A stretch of DNA of 64,000 nucleotides, taken from positions 32,001 to 96,000 of the forward strand of contig CAWBZV010000012.1 in NCBI GenBank assembly GCA_963793305.1, in the 5' to 3' direction. The DNA comes from an uncultured Gemmatimonadales bacterium. Lineage in GTDB: Bacteria > Gemmatimonadota > Gemmatimonadetes > Gemmatimonadales > Gemmatimonadaceae. The translations under genes were made by a program, and so were the position numbers. Positions 20,272 through 31,253 of this stretch are shown here, piece after piece. Every line of letters begins with the position of its first letter. Position 1 is the stretch's first letter. The notes below the pieces were generated by a model, which had not been told where the DNA came from, searched no databases, and saw nothing but the letters and a program-made list of their open reading frames with translations.

Positions 20272-23200
20272 CTACTTGCATTTCGCCAAGTACGCTTTGA
20301 TCACCTGCACCGCGACGCCCAGCCGCCAGAGATCCTGCCAGCCGTAGTACCCGCCTCCCCGTGGCACGTAGTGCTCTATGCCGAGGCAGCCGAATAACCC
20401 CGTGGTGGGCTTGTTCGGCAGCGCAGCATACGGGTTGAACGTCGCCATCGGATCCGCCCCTCCAACGTTGGGGGTGTTCTCGAAGATCGAGATCGAACCA
20501 CCGATCGCGCTCGTCGGGCCAGGAATGCACGCGGTCGGAACCGTCTGACACAACTGGTATGCGGCCACCGTCGAGTCGGCCTTGGTCCCCGGGGGCGGGA
20601 ACATCGGATTGCTACCGGTGATGTCGCCGGCAGTGCAAGACGGCAGGTTGATGCTGCAGTACCCTTGATTCGGCGTGAACGCGCAGTCCTGCCCAGGCAG
20701 GTTGCACGTCGGACCGGGAATTCCGCCGCTACTGGCTGGAGCGGGGCCGTTGCCGGGCGGGCCATTGCTGGCTCCCGGAGCCGTTGGGCCGGGGCCAGGA
20801 TCGCCGGATCCGGGCGGTATGTCGCTCCATCCACTACCATCGCAGACCGCGAACTCCCCGTTCCCGCAGAAGAACGTGCCGCTCGCATCCGTCGAATTGA
20901 TCGGATCTCCACCGCCGAACGCGTATTGGTTGATGCCCCCCGACAGCCCGAGCGGATCCGGCAACAGGAAACGCCGGGTGACGGGGTCGTACCAGCGCGC
21001 CCGCATGTAATACAGCGACGTGACCCCATCCTCGTACAACAAGGACTTCCACCGCAGCGGTGTCGTATCGCTGGTGGTGGCGACGCGAGCGTTCCCCCAG
21101 GGATCGTATTGAATCGAGTCTTCGATCCCCGAGCTATTGAACTGGCCGATGACATTGCCGCCCGCATCGAGCGCATAGTAGTGCACCGTCGACGAGCCTT
21201 TCGCGCCCTTGATGCGTATCAGCGGATAATCCGCTGTGCCGGGATAGTACGCGAACTCGGACAAGCGGGTATTCGCCGAACCGTCGAGGATCGCCATCAA
21301 CTGATTGTTGTCCCAGAGATAGTACCGATCCACCGTGCCGTTCGTGGTGCGACGCGCGAGCTGACCGTAGTTGTCGTAGTCGTAGATCCGCGTGGTGTCG
21401 CCCGATACGATCTGCGCCAGGCGACCGTCCGCGCTCCACGTATACTGCCTCGTGGTGGAACCACTCGTCATACCAGAACGGTCGCCGTCCGAGTCGACGG
21501 TGAACGTGAGCGCGCCCCACGCGGTCAATCGACCATCGGACCCGACGGTGCCGATGGTGTCCGCCGAACCCACGACAACAGTGTCGAGACTCCCGGCCGC
21601 GTCGAACCTGTAGCCGTCCGTCTCGTCCGTCTGCACGACACGCGTCTCGTTTACCGTGCAGCCGTTGCCGTACAGCTGGTTCCCCGGACACGAGGTGATA
21701 TTGTCGTTCCACTGACCGATCTGTCGTTGCTGGAGCTCGCCCACCCCATCGTACGAATAGAACTCGACGGAGTCCGGCTTCACCACACCGTGATCGAGCT
21801 CAATCACGTGGGAGAGATTGTCGTACCCGTAGCCTCGATACAGGTTGAACCCGGTCCACGTCGTGTTTCCGAGCATGCCGAAGGACGTATAGGCATCGAT
21901 GCGGCTCCCACTGACGCCGGTAAACAGCATCGTGTCCGTTCGGAACACCGGGTCGCGACGGAATGAGATCGTGTCGGGGCCGACGACGACGTGATCCAGC
22001 GTCCCGGTCGTCGCGTTGTAGAGGAATTTCCGCGTGTACGGATCGATCCCGGTGACGTTGCTGCTGACCGTGGTCGTCATGGAATCGACGCGATCGTGCG
22101 AGTCGTAGAAGTACGTCCGCTTGTACGACCGATTACCGGCCAGCAGAAAAATGGTGGTCGACGAATCGACATTGCCCGTGCTGGGCGAGAGGTAGCTAAT
22201 CTCGCGCGTGACCGGATTCCAGGCGTTGACCGTGTCGCCCAGCTTGGAGTACGTGATGATCTCCAACGTATCGAGCTCGCCGGTGAAGCTCGGCGGCCGG
22301 TGCACGTGCGTCACCCGGCCCAGCAGATCGTAGAGATACTTGACCATCTGGCCCTGCCGATTCGTCGTCGTCGCCGTCGTCAACCTCGACGTATACGTGG
22401 TCGTCTCCGTGCGATTCGCCGGATCGGTCTGCGTGACGGGCAGATTCACCGCGTTGTATGTGGCGCTGAACACTTCCCCTTTGGGATTCGTCAGGGATGT
22501 GACGTTGAGGCCATCGCGCTGGTAGATCGTCGGGTTCGCGTGCACCCCATCGAACACGGAGTCCACCCGGTTTAGGAGATCGTACAGCGTCGTCGTCACC
22601 TGCGTGGTGATCTGACTCGTGTTGCTGTAGGCGCTCAGCGTCACCACTGAGTCCCGGCCGAAGCGGTCGAACCGCCTGGCGGTGAAGTGCTGACTGGATT
22701 TCAGCATGACCGTGTCTACGTTGCCGGTCCAGCTGTCGTACACAAAGCGCGTCGTATCGCGAACGCCGTCGACCATCGAGGTGTCCCGCAGCCGCGCGTC
22801 GGGGTGGTAGCGCGTCGTGTCGCCTCCCACCACGGTCGAATCGATGTGCCCGCGCGTCCCGATGAAGAACTGCTGCGTGGGCTGGTTGGTACCGGAGATC
22901 TGGAGCGGTTGGTCGAATGCGCCGTACTGGTAACTCGTCGCAACCTGTCCGGCCGGCTGACTGAAGACGAGCAGCGGCCCGCTATACTGGTACTCATCGA
23001 CGCCTCCGACCGGGTGGGTCACCGTCGCCGGGTATCCGTTCTGATCGTAGGTCACGCTCATCTGGATCCCCATGTTCGTGGTCGAGACGAGCGGCTGTCC
23101 CCACCGATCGGCCGTGAACTGGGTCGTGTCACCGCCGGCGGTCACCACCATGCTTTGGACGAGGTCCGCCTCGACGGGCGTTGCGGGTGTCGTACTCGTC

Positions 23201-25165
23201 AGGCCGGTCGGCACGCCGACGGTCTGCCATGGCGTATAGGTCGTCACGAGGTGAATCGTGCTCAACGTCCCGGTCGAATTGAAGTCGAGCGGCACCTTCG
23301 GCGTGCTCGCCGTCGCCAGCTTCGACGTGATCGGCTCGAACGTGTAGGTCGTGACGTTGCCATTGCGATCGGTGAGGGAGTCGAGTCGACCCGATGAATC
23401 GTAGCCGAACTTCGTGCTATCCCCATCGGGGTCCGTCCATTTCCGCAGGAAACCGCTCGCATCGACCGAGACCAACGTCACCCGGCCGCTGTCGGGCGCG
23501 TTGTCGTTCCCGCGGGGCTCCACGATTTTCGCCAGATGGCCGTTCGCGTCGTAGTGGAGCGTGATGTGCGTGTGCGCCCCATGGTACATCCGCAAAGGGT
23601 CGGAGATGGTGAGCACGCGCGCCTCCGGTCCGAGGCTATCGTCGGTAAACCACACCGTGTCCTTCGCCGTCCGATCCACGACATATCCGGCGGTCTGGCC
23701 GTTCGTCGCGCCCCATACCTCCTTCGAGGAGTCGGGATAGTCCCGCTCCGGACTTCTCGGTACGCCCAGGCTGTCGTGGCTGTTGATCAAGGAGAACACT
23801 CCCGGCGGATCCGTCGTGCCACACGAACACGCGTTCGTGGTGGGATACGTGATCTCGCCGCCGTCGCCGGTCGCCGCCAGGTACTTCGTTTGGTCGACCG
23901 TGCCGTTCGCGTGAAAGTAGCTGTAGAGTTTCGGCGCGCCGGAGAGCGTCCAACCGCGCGCGTACGGCGACGCGCGCTCGTTCAAGACAGCCAGCGTGTG
24001 GGAGGTGTCGGTCACCTGCTCCGTGTGGCCGTCGGCGAAGATCGCCGTCACCACGAGTTGCATCTCGTACGCACCGGAGACGAATCCCGAGGGCAACGTG
24101 GCGTCGACGTTGATCGCGCCGGCGAGTCGGAACGGCTTAGTCGTGCCGTTCGCGGGGGAAGCGCTGAAATTGAGAATCGTCTCGCCGTTCGTGAACGTCG
24201 CCCAGGTGCCGTGCACCAGCGCCTGGAACGTGTACTTCGTCACGGACGGGGCGCCGCTGACCAACGTGACATCCGCGTAGACCACCGGACGAAGCGCGAC
24301 CCGATCGCCGTTGTACACGAGGCGCACTCGATTCGCGGCACCGCTGGTGATGTACCCGGGCGTGCTCATCGATGCGGTCATCGCGAAGCAATTGACGGCG
24401 CAGCGCTTGACGTTCTTGGTCATCTTGATTCGTGTAGCTCGTCGATACGAGGAACGAGTGCCCGATGGTGTAGGCGTAGCTGCCCGTCGCGCTCGCACCG
24501 CTCAAGCTCGCCGTGAGCCGAATGGCCCCTGTCGCGCCGACCGAATCGGTGACGGCGAAGTGCACCGCGACGTTGGAGGAGCCTTGCGCGCCGACCGTCA
24601 CGGATGACGGCGCGGTGCAACTCGCGATGCCTCCAGGCGAGGGCGTGCAACTGAGGCTGAGGGCGAAGTTCTCGCTCACGCTCATCTGACTCGTGACTTT
24701 GAAGACGACCGAGTCACTCGTGCGGGAGATGAGCGTGATACCACTGTCAGCCGGCGTGACCACCGCCGGTGGATGGTTGATCGTCAGATTGAAGTTGCCA
24801 CACGAGCCATTCATGCCGTTGCCGAACCCGCTACACGCGGTGACCGCAAACGTGTTGGTGCCCGGTATCAGCGTGTAGGTGCCCGAGCTCGTGTCGCACG
24901 AGACGCCGCCGAAGGAAAGCGCCGCGCCATTGAACGTTCCTGACGCGCTTTGGAGCGGCGCCCCGGCGGGACAGACCGAGATGGTCTCGGTGATGGTGGG
25001 CGCAGTGACCGTAGTGATCGACGGATTGAACGTCACCGTCGGTGGCGGGTTGTGACAGGTATCGCACATGAAGTACGGTCGTGGGTGCGCTTGCTGTGCG
25101 AGCACCCCGGTGGCGAACGCGCACAGGGTGACGAGCAGCGCTAGGGCGAGCGAACGAACGGACAT
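20272..25165 (-). CDS. rhs: Sec-signal-bearing RHS/YD-repeat protein with RHS-associated core (+1 frameshift near 24416)
   Basis: YD repeats; core end YYMRARWYDPVTRRFLLPDPLGLSGGINQYAFGGGDPINSTDASG. ORF 24137..25165 supplies the signal peptide and RBS and joins at DDQ/NVKRC. Confidence 0.85.
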
Positions 25166-25283
25166 CGGCTCCTCGGGCTACGAGAGGGGAACTGCGGACC
25201 CCCCTCTCATTAGGCACCGGATGTGCCGGGCCAGATCGCGGCGCAACCTGCAGTAGGATCACGCGTTGCGTCTCACGGCCACC

Positions 25284-25349
25284 TTCGCCGTTCGCGTTAT
25301 TCGCAGGGCGCGCGTGCGAATTCGCGCGACAAAATGCGAAAAACGCGAA
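25284..25349. promoter_or_regulatory. Inverted-repeat array of TTCGC boxes upstream of rhs
   Basis: TTCGCGTTATTCGCA (25291-25305) against TGCGAAAAACGCGAA (25335-25349), 14/15 complementary, around a central GCGAATTCGC. Confidence 0.5.
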
Positions 25350-25360
25350 TGGGCGGCGAG

Positions 25361-25873
25361 CTAGCGAGACTGCCGCGCCAACTGCTGGGTCAGCGCCGGG
25401 ACGACGCCGGCGCCGCGGAGATACGCGGTGAGTTGGCCGCGATGGTGCGACTCGTGGCCGATCACGAACCACAGGCCGGATAAGCGACTCATCGCGCCAG
25501 AAGGAACCAGGCGGCTCGGCTGCGTGTCCGAGATAAGCCGCTCGCCGTGTTGGCGTATTCGACCTCGCACTTCGTCACCCGTCGTCCGAAGCAGCGCGAT
25601 GAGCTCGGCCTTGGTGCGCACGCGCGGCAGCGCGGCGCGTACGGCATCCATCACAGCGGGCTTGAAGAGATTGCCGAAGTTACACTCGGGGGCGAGCAAC
25701 TCGTTGGTGAACGCGATGCCGTGCTCGGCGACGTGTTGGCCGATCTCGCGGATCGACCGCGCCTGCGGGTCGGGTCGGTAGTCGAGTTGATCCTCGGAGA
25801 CGAGATCGATCTCCGACATCACGCCATTCCGCGTCGCTTCCCAGACCGCCAGCGCTTCGTCAACGAGACCCAT
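25361..25873 (-). CDS. DinB family protein
   Basis: SIREIGQH and HESHHRGQLTAYLR. Confidence 0.9.
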   Translation of the reverse strand: MGLVDEALAVWEATRNGVMSEIDLVSEDQLDYRPDPQARSIREIGQHVAEHGIAFTNELLAPECNFGNLFKPAVMDAVRAALPRVRTKAELIALLRTTGDEVRGRIRQHGERLISDTQPSRLVPSGAMSRLSGLWFVIGHESHHRGQLTAYLRGAGVVPALTQQLARQSR

Positions 25874-25874
25874 G

Positions 25875-27359
25875 TTACCCCGGCGGCAAGTATCTCCGCA
25901 GGAAATCTATCACGTGCTCCGCCGCCTGCTGGCTCTCGGCCGGCGTAAGGCCATTCGGCGAGCCGGGGTACACGTCCGTCTCGTGCGGGACGTTGTACTT
26001 GGTCAGCATCGCATCCAATCGCCGGGCTTCGGTGATGGGCACGAACGTGCTTGCTTCGCCGCCAACGATCAGCACCGGCGGTAGCTTGCCGGCGTTCGCG
26101 GGGTCGCGCACGCGATACACGCCGAAATAGTCGACGACCGCCTTGACGCGTTTGTCCACCTGCGCTCGATGGAGCGCGAGCGCCGCACCGACGTTGATGC
26201 CGACGAGTCCGATCTTCGTCGAGTCCACGCCGGGCGCCGTCTGGAGCTGCGTGATCGCGTCGCCGAGAGAGCGCATCCACTGGCCGAAGTCCGCGCGCTG
26301 GTCGCCGACATCCGCTACGATCGTCTTCGTGCGGTCGAAGTACTGCAGGATCTCGACGACGTACCCGTGTGCAGCCAGCTTCTTCGCGGCCTCCCGCAGC
26401 ACAGAGTCCTCGGCCGGCACACCGCCGGCGCCGTGCAGCAGGATCAGCGCCGGGTGTGGTCCGTGAGACTTGCTGAGTGCCTCGAAACGTTCCCAGCTGA
26501 CCGGCACGCTGTCACTGATCACAGTGCCCTTCTCGAATCCCGCCGGTTTCGGCGCCGCTGGCTTTGGCTCGACGGGCTTCGGCGGCTCGGCCTTCGGTGG
26601 CTCGGGCTTCTGTGCGACCACAACCATCGAGTCCACGGCCGCCCGCGCGGCGGGCGCCGCACCCCAAATAGAGTCGGGATTGTCCGAGACAAAAACCCGA
26701 GCCTCGAGCATCCACCCGAACACCCTCGGCTTGAACACGCCGGCGACGGCGTCGCAGCCCGCTTGGGTATCGATCACGCTCTCAGGCCCGAAGACGGGCT
26801 TACCGTCCGCCCCCACCTCCGACCACCTCGCGGTGTCGTCCGGCTTGGGCACGCATAAATCCACGTGCTGGTGCCACTGCGCCACGCTCAATGGCACGCG
26901 CTGATCCAGCACCTCCTCAGTGCTCGCACCGGGAGCCATATACGTGGCGCCGAGCAGTCGATATCCGTTCCTGCCCCGACGATAGATGAGCGCCGCGGGC
27001 TTCGCGGGATTGAAACGGACGGCTTCCTCGATCGCATAGCGCCAATTGAACACGTGGACAATGGCCCTCGCCGTGGTATCGCCGTCATGGAGCTCCCGAT
27101 ACCCGTCGCGCGCCGCGAGGTCAGGCGTCGCGTACTTGCCGATCGCGTCGCGAATGGCGACCACCAGCTCGTCGGCGCGCAGCGAATCCACCGCGCTGGC
27201 GGGCCGCCGGTCGGTCGTGAGCAGGTGCGCGGTCTCGCCGCTAGCCATCGCCCGGACCGCCGCAACGACCGCCGGATTATCATGGTCGTCGATCGGCGCC
27301 GCGTCACCTGGCCGGCAAGCCGCGACTCCCACCATGAGGACCAGAACGTGGCGGCGCAT
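25875..27359 (-). CDS. Lipoprotein: uncharacterised N-domain, Pro/Lys linker and dienelactone-hydrolase-like alpha/beta domain with degenerate triad
   Basis: Lipobox VAAC; LLHGAGG; nucleophile elbow reads GINVG and the His loop reads PGSPNGL. Confidence 0.7.
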   Translation of the reverse strand: MRRHVLVLMVGVAACRPGDAAPIDDHDNPAVVAAVRAMASGETAHLLTTDRRPASAVDSLRADELVVAIRDAIGKYATPDLAARDGYRELHDGDTTARAIVHVFNWRYAIEEAVRFNPAKPAALIYRRGRNGYRLLGATYMAPGASTEEVLDQRVPLSVAQWHQHVDLCVPKPDDTARWSEVGADGKPVFGPESVIDTQAGCDAVAGVFKPRVFGWMLEARVFVSDNPDSIWGAAPAARAAVDSMVVVAQKPEPPKAEPPKPVEPKPAAPKPAGFEKGTVISDSVPVSWERFEALSKSHGPHPALILLHGAGGVPAEDSVLREAAKKLAAHGYVVEILQYFDRTKTIVADVGDQRADFGQWMRSLGDAITQLQTAPGVDSTKIGLVGINVGAALALHRAQVDKRVKAVVDYFGVYRVRDPANAGKLPPVLIVGGEASTFVPITEARRLDAMLTKYNVPHETDVYPGSPNGLTPAESQQAAEHVIDFLRRYLPPG

Positions 27360-27389
27360 ACCCTGTATACGCTACCCGGGTGGCTCAGG

Positions 27390-28598
27390 TCACAGGCGTG
27401 ACAGGCCCGCGACGGCGGCGATGAACCGGTCGACCTCCTCCGCGGTCGTGTAGCACGCGCAGCCGGCTCGAACCAGGCCTTCCGGGGCATGCCCGACCCG
27501 GGCGATCACCGTCGAGGCATAAAAATCCCCGCTCGACGCGAATATCGCCGACCCAGCCAGCCGCTCGGCCACCGTCCGCGGGAGCATATGACGGTAGGCG
27601 AAGGACAGCGTCGCGGTCCGGGGTCGCCCCGGAGGCGGCCCATAGAGCCTCACGCATGGAAGCGTCTCGAGCCCCCGCCAAAGCCTCGCGACTAGCGCTT
27701 GACCCTCGCGATCCAACCGAGTCATCGCGTCCACCAGCCGCTCCCGTCGTGTCGCCCCTGTCTCTCCGAGGGACGCGAGGAAGTCGATAGCGGCACGGGT
27801 GCCGACAATGCCCTCGTGGTTCAGGGTTCCGGTCTCGAGCCGCTCGGGTGCCTCGTTCGACGCCGGCTCGAGCTTAGGCACGTCGAGGTCTTGTAGCAGC
27901 TCCCTCCGTCCATAGAGCACACCGACATGTGGCCCGTAAAATTTGTAGGCCGAGCACGCCAGAAAATCGCAACCCCAAGCTTTGACGTCCATGACCGCGT
28001 GAGGCGCATAGTGGACCGCGTCGACGAAGACGAGGGCCCCGGCGCTGCGGGCGAGCTTGGCGATCGCCGCCACGTCGTTGACGGTGCCGAGTGCATTCAA
28101 TGCCGCGCCGATGGCGACCAACCGCGTGCGCGGCGAAAGCAGTCGGCCAAACTCGGCCAGATCGAGCTCTCCGGTCGCGGGATCGAACGGAACGACGCGA
28201 ATCGTGATGCCGCGCTCGCGCTCGATGGCGCGCCAGGGGGCAACATTGCCCTGGTGATCGAGGTCCGTGACGATGACCTCATCGCCGGCTTTCCACCCGC
28301 GCCCGAGCGAGCGGGCAACGTGGAATGTGAGCGTGGTCATGTTCGCGCCGAACGCGACCTCGGAGGGCGATGCGTTGAGCAGGTCCGCCGCCGCCTCGCG
28401 CGCCGCATGAATCATCGCGTCAGTCTCTTCGCTCGACGGATAGGCCCAATCGGTGTTGGCGTTGTGATGGTACAGGTAGTCGGTCATGGCCTGACCGACC
28501 GCGAGCGGCGCCTGCGTGCCACCCGGGCCGTCGAAGTACGCGACCGGCCGACCATTGTGGCACCGCGCGAGCGCGGGGAATTGTTCTCGAATCGACAT
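27390..28598 (-). CDS. Cysteine desulfurase-like protein (class V PLP enzyme)
   Basis: FDGPGGTQ, GANMTTL, DHQGN, VDAVHYAPH, CSAYKFYGPH. Confidence 0.9.
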   Translation of the reverse strand: MSIREQFPALARCHNGRPVAYFDGPGGTQAPLAVGQAMTDYLYHHNANTDWAYPSSEETDAMIHAAREAAADLLNASPSEVAFGANMTTLTFHVARSLGRGWKAGDEVIVTDLDHQGNVAPWRAIERERGITIRVVPFDPATGELDLAEFGRLLSPRTRLVAIGAALNALGTVNDVAAIAKLARSAGALVFVDAVHYAPHAVMDVKAWGCDFLACSAYKFYGPHVGVLYGRRELLQDLDVPKLEPASNEAPERLETGTLNHEGIVGTRAAIDFLASLGETGATRRERLVDAMTRLDREGQALVARLWRGLETLPCVRLYGPPPGRPRTATLSFAYRHMLPRTVAERLAGSAIFASSGDFYASTVIARVGHAPEGLVRAGCACYTTAEEVDRFIAAVAGLSRL

Positions 28599-28612
28599 GA
28601 TAGGCAGGAGTA

Positions 28613-29818
28613 CTATGACCAGAAGCGCCACGCAACGGCGATGGTGACGAGCTGGGCGCCGATGACGAGGGCGACGCACCCGGGCCACCCGGCCCATCGC
28701 CACAGGAGGCCGGGCAGCTCTCCGCCGACGCTGCCGCCGAGGTAATAGAAGGCGACGTACAGCCCAGCCGCCGACGACCGGGTCGCGAGCGGCGCCGCGT
28801 GTTGGAGGTAGCTCGTCGACGAGGACTGGCAGACGAAGACCGCCGAGCTGCACACGGCGAGGCCAATCGCGACGAGCGCGAGATTGTGGGTCAGGGTCAG
28901 CGGCATGATGGCCGCCGAGATGAGCAATGCCCCGGTCAGCGTCCTTCTCGATCCGAATCGATCAATCCACTGTCCCGCGACGGGCGTCACGAACACGCCG
29001 ACGAGGTAGACGACAAAGATGCTGGACAGGAGCGCCGGACCGAGCGAGAAGGGTGGGTCGGCCAGGTAAAAGTTCACGTAGGTGAACGTCGCGACGAGCG
29101 AGAACAGCACACTGAATCCAACCGCATAGGTCGCGATCAATCGCCGATTCCGCAGGTGCGGCATAATGGCGAAGGGGGCGGCGTGCGGTGTGAAATGTCG
29201 CTCCGTGGGGAGCCACGCCCACGTGACCAGCGCACCGACGACGTTGAGGACGCCGAGGACGACAAATGCCATGCGCCAGTCGGCGACCGACGTGACCAGC
29301 CCGGCAATCACCCGCCCGGAAAATCCACCGAGGACATTCCCGGTCACGAGCGCCGCCATCGCTGCTCCGACACCGCGTCCCGCGAATTCCTCGGTCACGT
29401 ACGCGATCATGACGGCGAATACCGCGGGCATGACCAACCCTTGTAGAAACCGCCAGACGACGAGCGCGAACAGCGTGTGCGCGGTCGCCGCCAGCATCGT
29501 CGGAATGGCGAGCACGAACATCGCGGGCACGATGACGCGCTTCCGGCCGAGGCGATCGGCCGCGAGTCCGACGAACGGAGCGGCCAGCGCGACGGCCGCC
29601 GTCGACACGCTCACCGTGAGGCTGGCGCCGGCTTTGCTGACATTGAACTGATGTTCGAGGGTCGGTAGCAGCGGCTGTGTGGCGTAGAGATCCAGGAACG
29701 CGCACATGCCGCTGACCCCGACCGCGAGCCGCGCCGCTCCGCGGCGCGTCGATGCAGCGCTATCGCGCTGCTCGACTGGTCTGTTCGCCAAGAGATCTCC
29801 TTCGTCGATCTCTCTCAT
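28613..29818 (-). CDS. MFS transporter (YnfM-like)
   Basis: LYATQPLLP, ADRLGRKRV, YYLGGSVG; ATGA overlap with the upstream gene. Confidence 0.9.
   Translation of the reverse strand: MREIDEGDLLANRPVEQRDSAASTRRGAARLAVGVSGMCAFLDLYATQPLLPTLEHQFNVSKAGASLTVSVSTAAVALAAPFVGLAADRLGRKRVIVPAMFVLAIPTMLAATAHTLFALVVWRFLQGLVMPAVFAVMIAYVTEEFAGRGVGAAMAALVTGNVLGGFSGRVIAGLVTSVADWRMAFVVLGVLNVVGALVTWAWLPTERHFTPHAAPFAIMPHLRNRRLIATYAVGFSVLFSLVATFTYVNFYLADPPFSLGPALLSSIFVVYLVGVFVTPVAGQWIDRFGSRRTLTGALLISAAIMPLTLTHNLALVAIGLAVCSSAVFVCQSSSTSYLQHAAPLATRSSAAGLYVAFYYLGGSVGGELPGLLWRWAGWPGCVALVIGAQLVTIAVAWRFWS
29732..29812. repeat. 81-bp three-hairpin dispersed element, copy A (in the MFS N-terminus)
   Basis: 25-nt and 17-nt blocks identical to copy B, plus a shared GAGATC-N9-GATCTC. 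Confidence 0.9.
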
Positions 29819-31202
29819 TCGGCGCGGACGGTCTCGACGAGGCGATCAATGTCGTCTGGAGTCGTCAGGTGATTCACGAAGCAGGCGCGGAGCCAGAATC
29901 GCCCGTCGAGGATGGTGCTGGACAAGAACGCCTGCCCGCCAAGCTGGATGGTCCGTAGGGCCACGCGATTTCTTTCGTCACTCCCCTTGAATCGAAAACA
30001 CACGATACTGAGTGACGTCGGCTCCCATACCTCGAGCTCCGGTCTCGCGCGAACCAACTCGGCCAGCCGCCCGGCCAGCGTGCAGTCGTGCGCGATCCGT
30101 TCTGCGTAGCCCTCGACGCCATGGTATCGCAGCGCCATCCACGTCTTGAGCGCGCGAAATCCTCTCGTCTGTTGGATACCGTACTCGCTGAGCCACGGCT
30201 CGTCGTCGGTGCGCAAATATGGCGGCACGAGGCTGAACGTATCGCGCATGAGGTTGGAATCTCGCACAATGACGAGCCCATTCTCGACGGGTACCGACAA
30301 CCACTTATGTGGGTCCACGGCGAGACTGTCAGCCCGATTGATGGCTCTCAGAGCCGTCGCGTACGCCTTCGTGAGCACCGCCGGCGCGCCGTACGCACCA
30401 TCGATATGCAGCCACACGCCGTGTCGCGCACAAATGTCCGCGATGTCATCAATCGGGTCGATGGCCCCAGTGTTGACGGTCCCGGCGCTCGCGATGACGG
30501 CCATAGGCTGGTGCCCGGCCACCAGATCCTCGCGAATCATCGCGTCGAGCGCATCGGGTCTCGCTCGCAAAGCCGCATCGGATGGCACGACCCGCATCGC
30601 CTTGCGACCCAGGCCAAGCAACTCGATCGCTTTCGTGTGGCACGAGTGTGCCTCGGCTGTCGCGTACACGCGAAGCGTGACGCGTCGGCAGCCCATCGGC
30701 GCGAACGTCATGTCCGATATGTTGGCAGGCGTGCAGGCGAGCAACCGCGAGCCCGGTGAGCGCGGCGACCGAGCTGCCGCTCACGAGCAACCCCATCGTG
30801 CCCGCTGGAAACCCCAGCATCTCGGCAAACCAGCGAACGACTTGTCGCTCGACGTAGACGGCGGCATGGTCCCCGCCGGCGACGCTGGGATTCATCGCGG
30901 CCGCGAGCGCGTCGGCGAAGATCCCGATCTCGGTGGGTGGAGAGTTCACCCAAGCCGAAGAAACGGGGATGCCCGTTGCCAAATGGGTACGGCGCAATGT
31001 CACGAGCGAACGCGTCGAGGATGTCGTCGCTCGATTGACAGGCGGTCGGCAGCGGCGCATGCTGCCAGGCCTCGACGAGCTCCCGCGGAACCGGTTTCCA
31101 TACGGGTCCGTCGCCGAGCTGCTCCAAATAGCGGGCAATGAGATCGACGACTTTAGCACCGACGCGGCGCACCTCGGCAGCCGACCAACCTTTACCGTTC
31201 AT
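29815..31202 (-). CDS. PLP-dependent group II (aromatic-amino-acid/DABA-type) decarboxylase; two +1 frameshifts (~30952, ~30685)
   Basis: GHPRFFG/WVNSPP, GLLVSGSS, AGTVNTGAIDP, HIDGAYG and DPHKW spread over three consecutive frames. Confidence 0.85.
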
Positions 31203-31253
31203 GGCGAAAAAAAGCCTTGCATCCGGCCGTCTAAACGGCGACTCTGTGTAACA

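Noticed and set aside
26545..26615. Short tandem repeats (KPEPPKAEPPKPVEPKPAAPKPA)
   Set aside because: Ordinary Pro/Lys interdomain linker.
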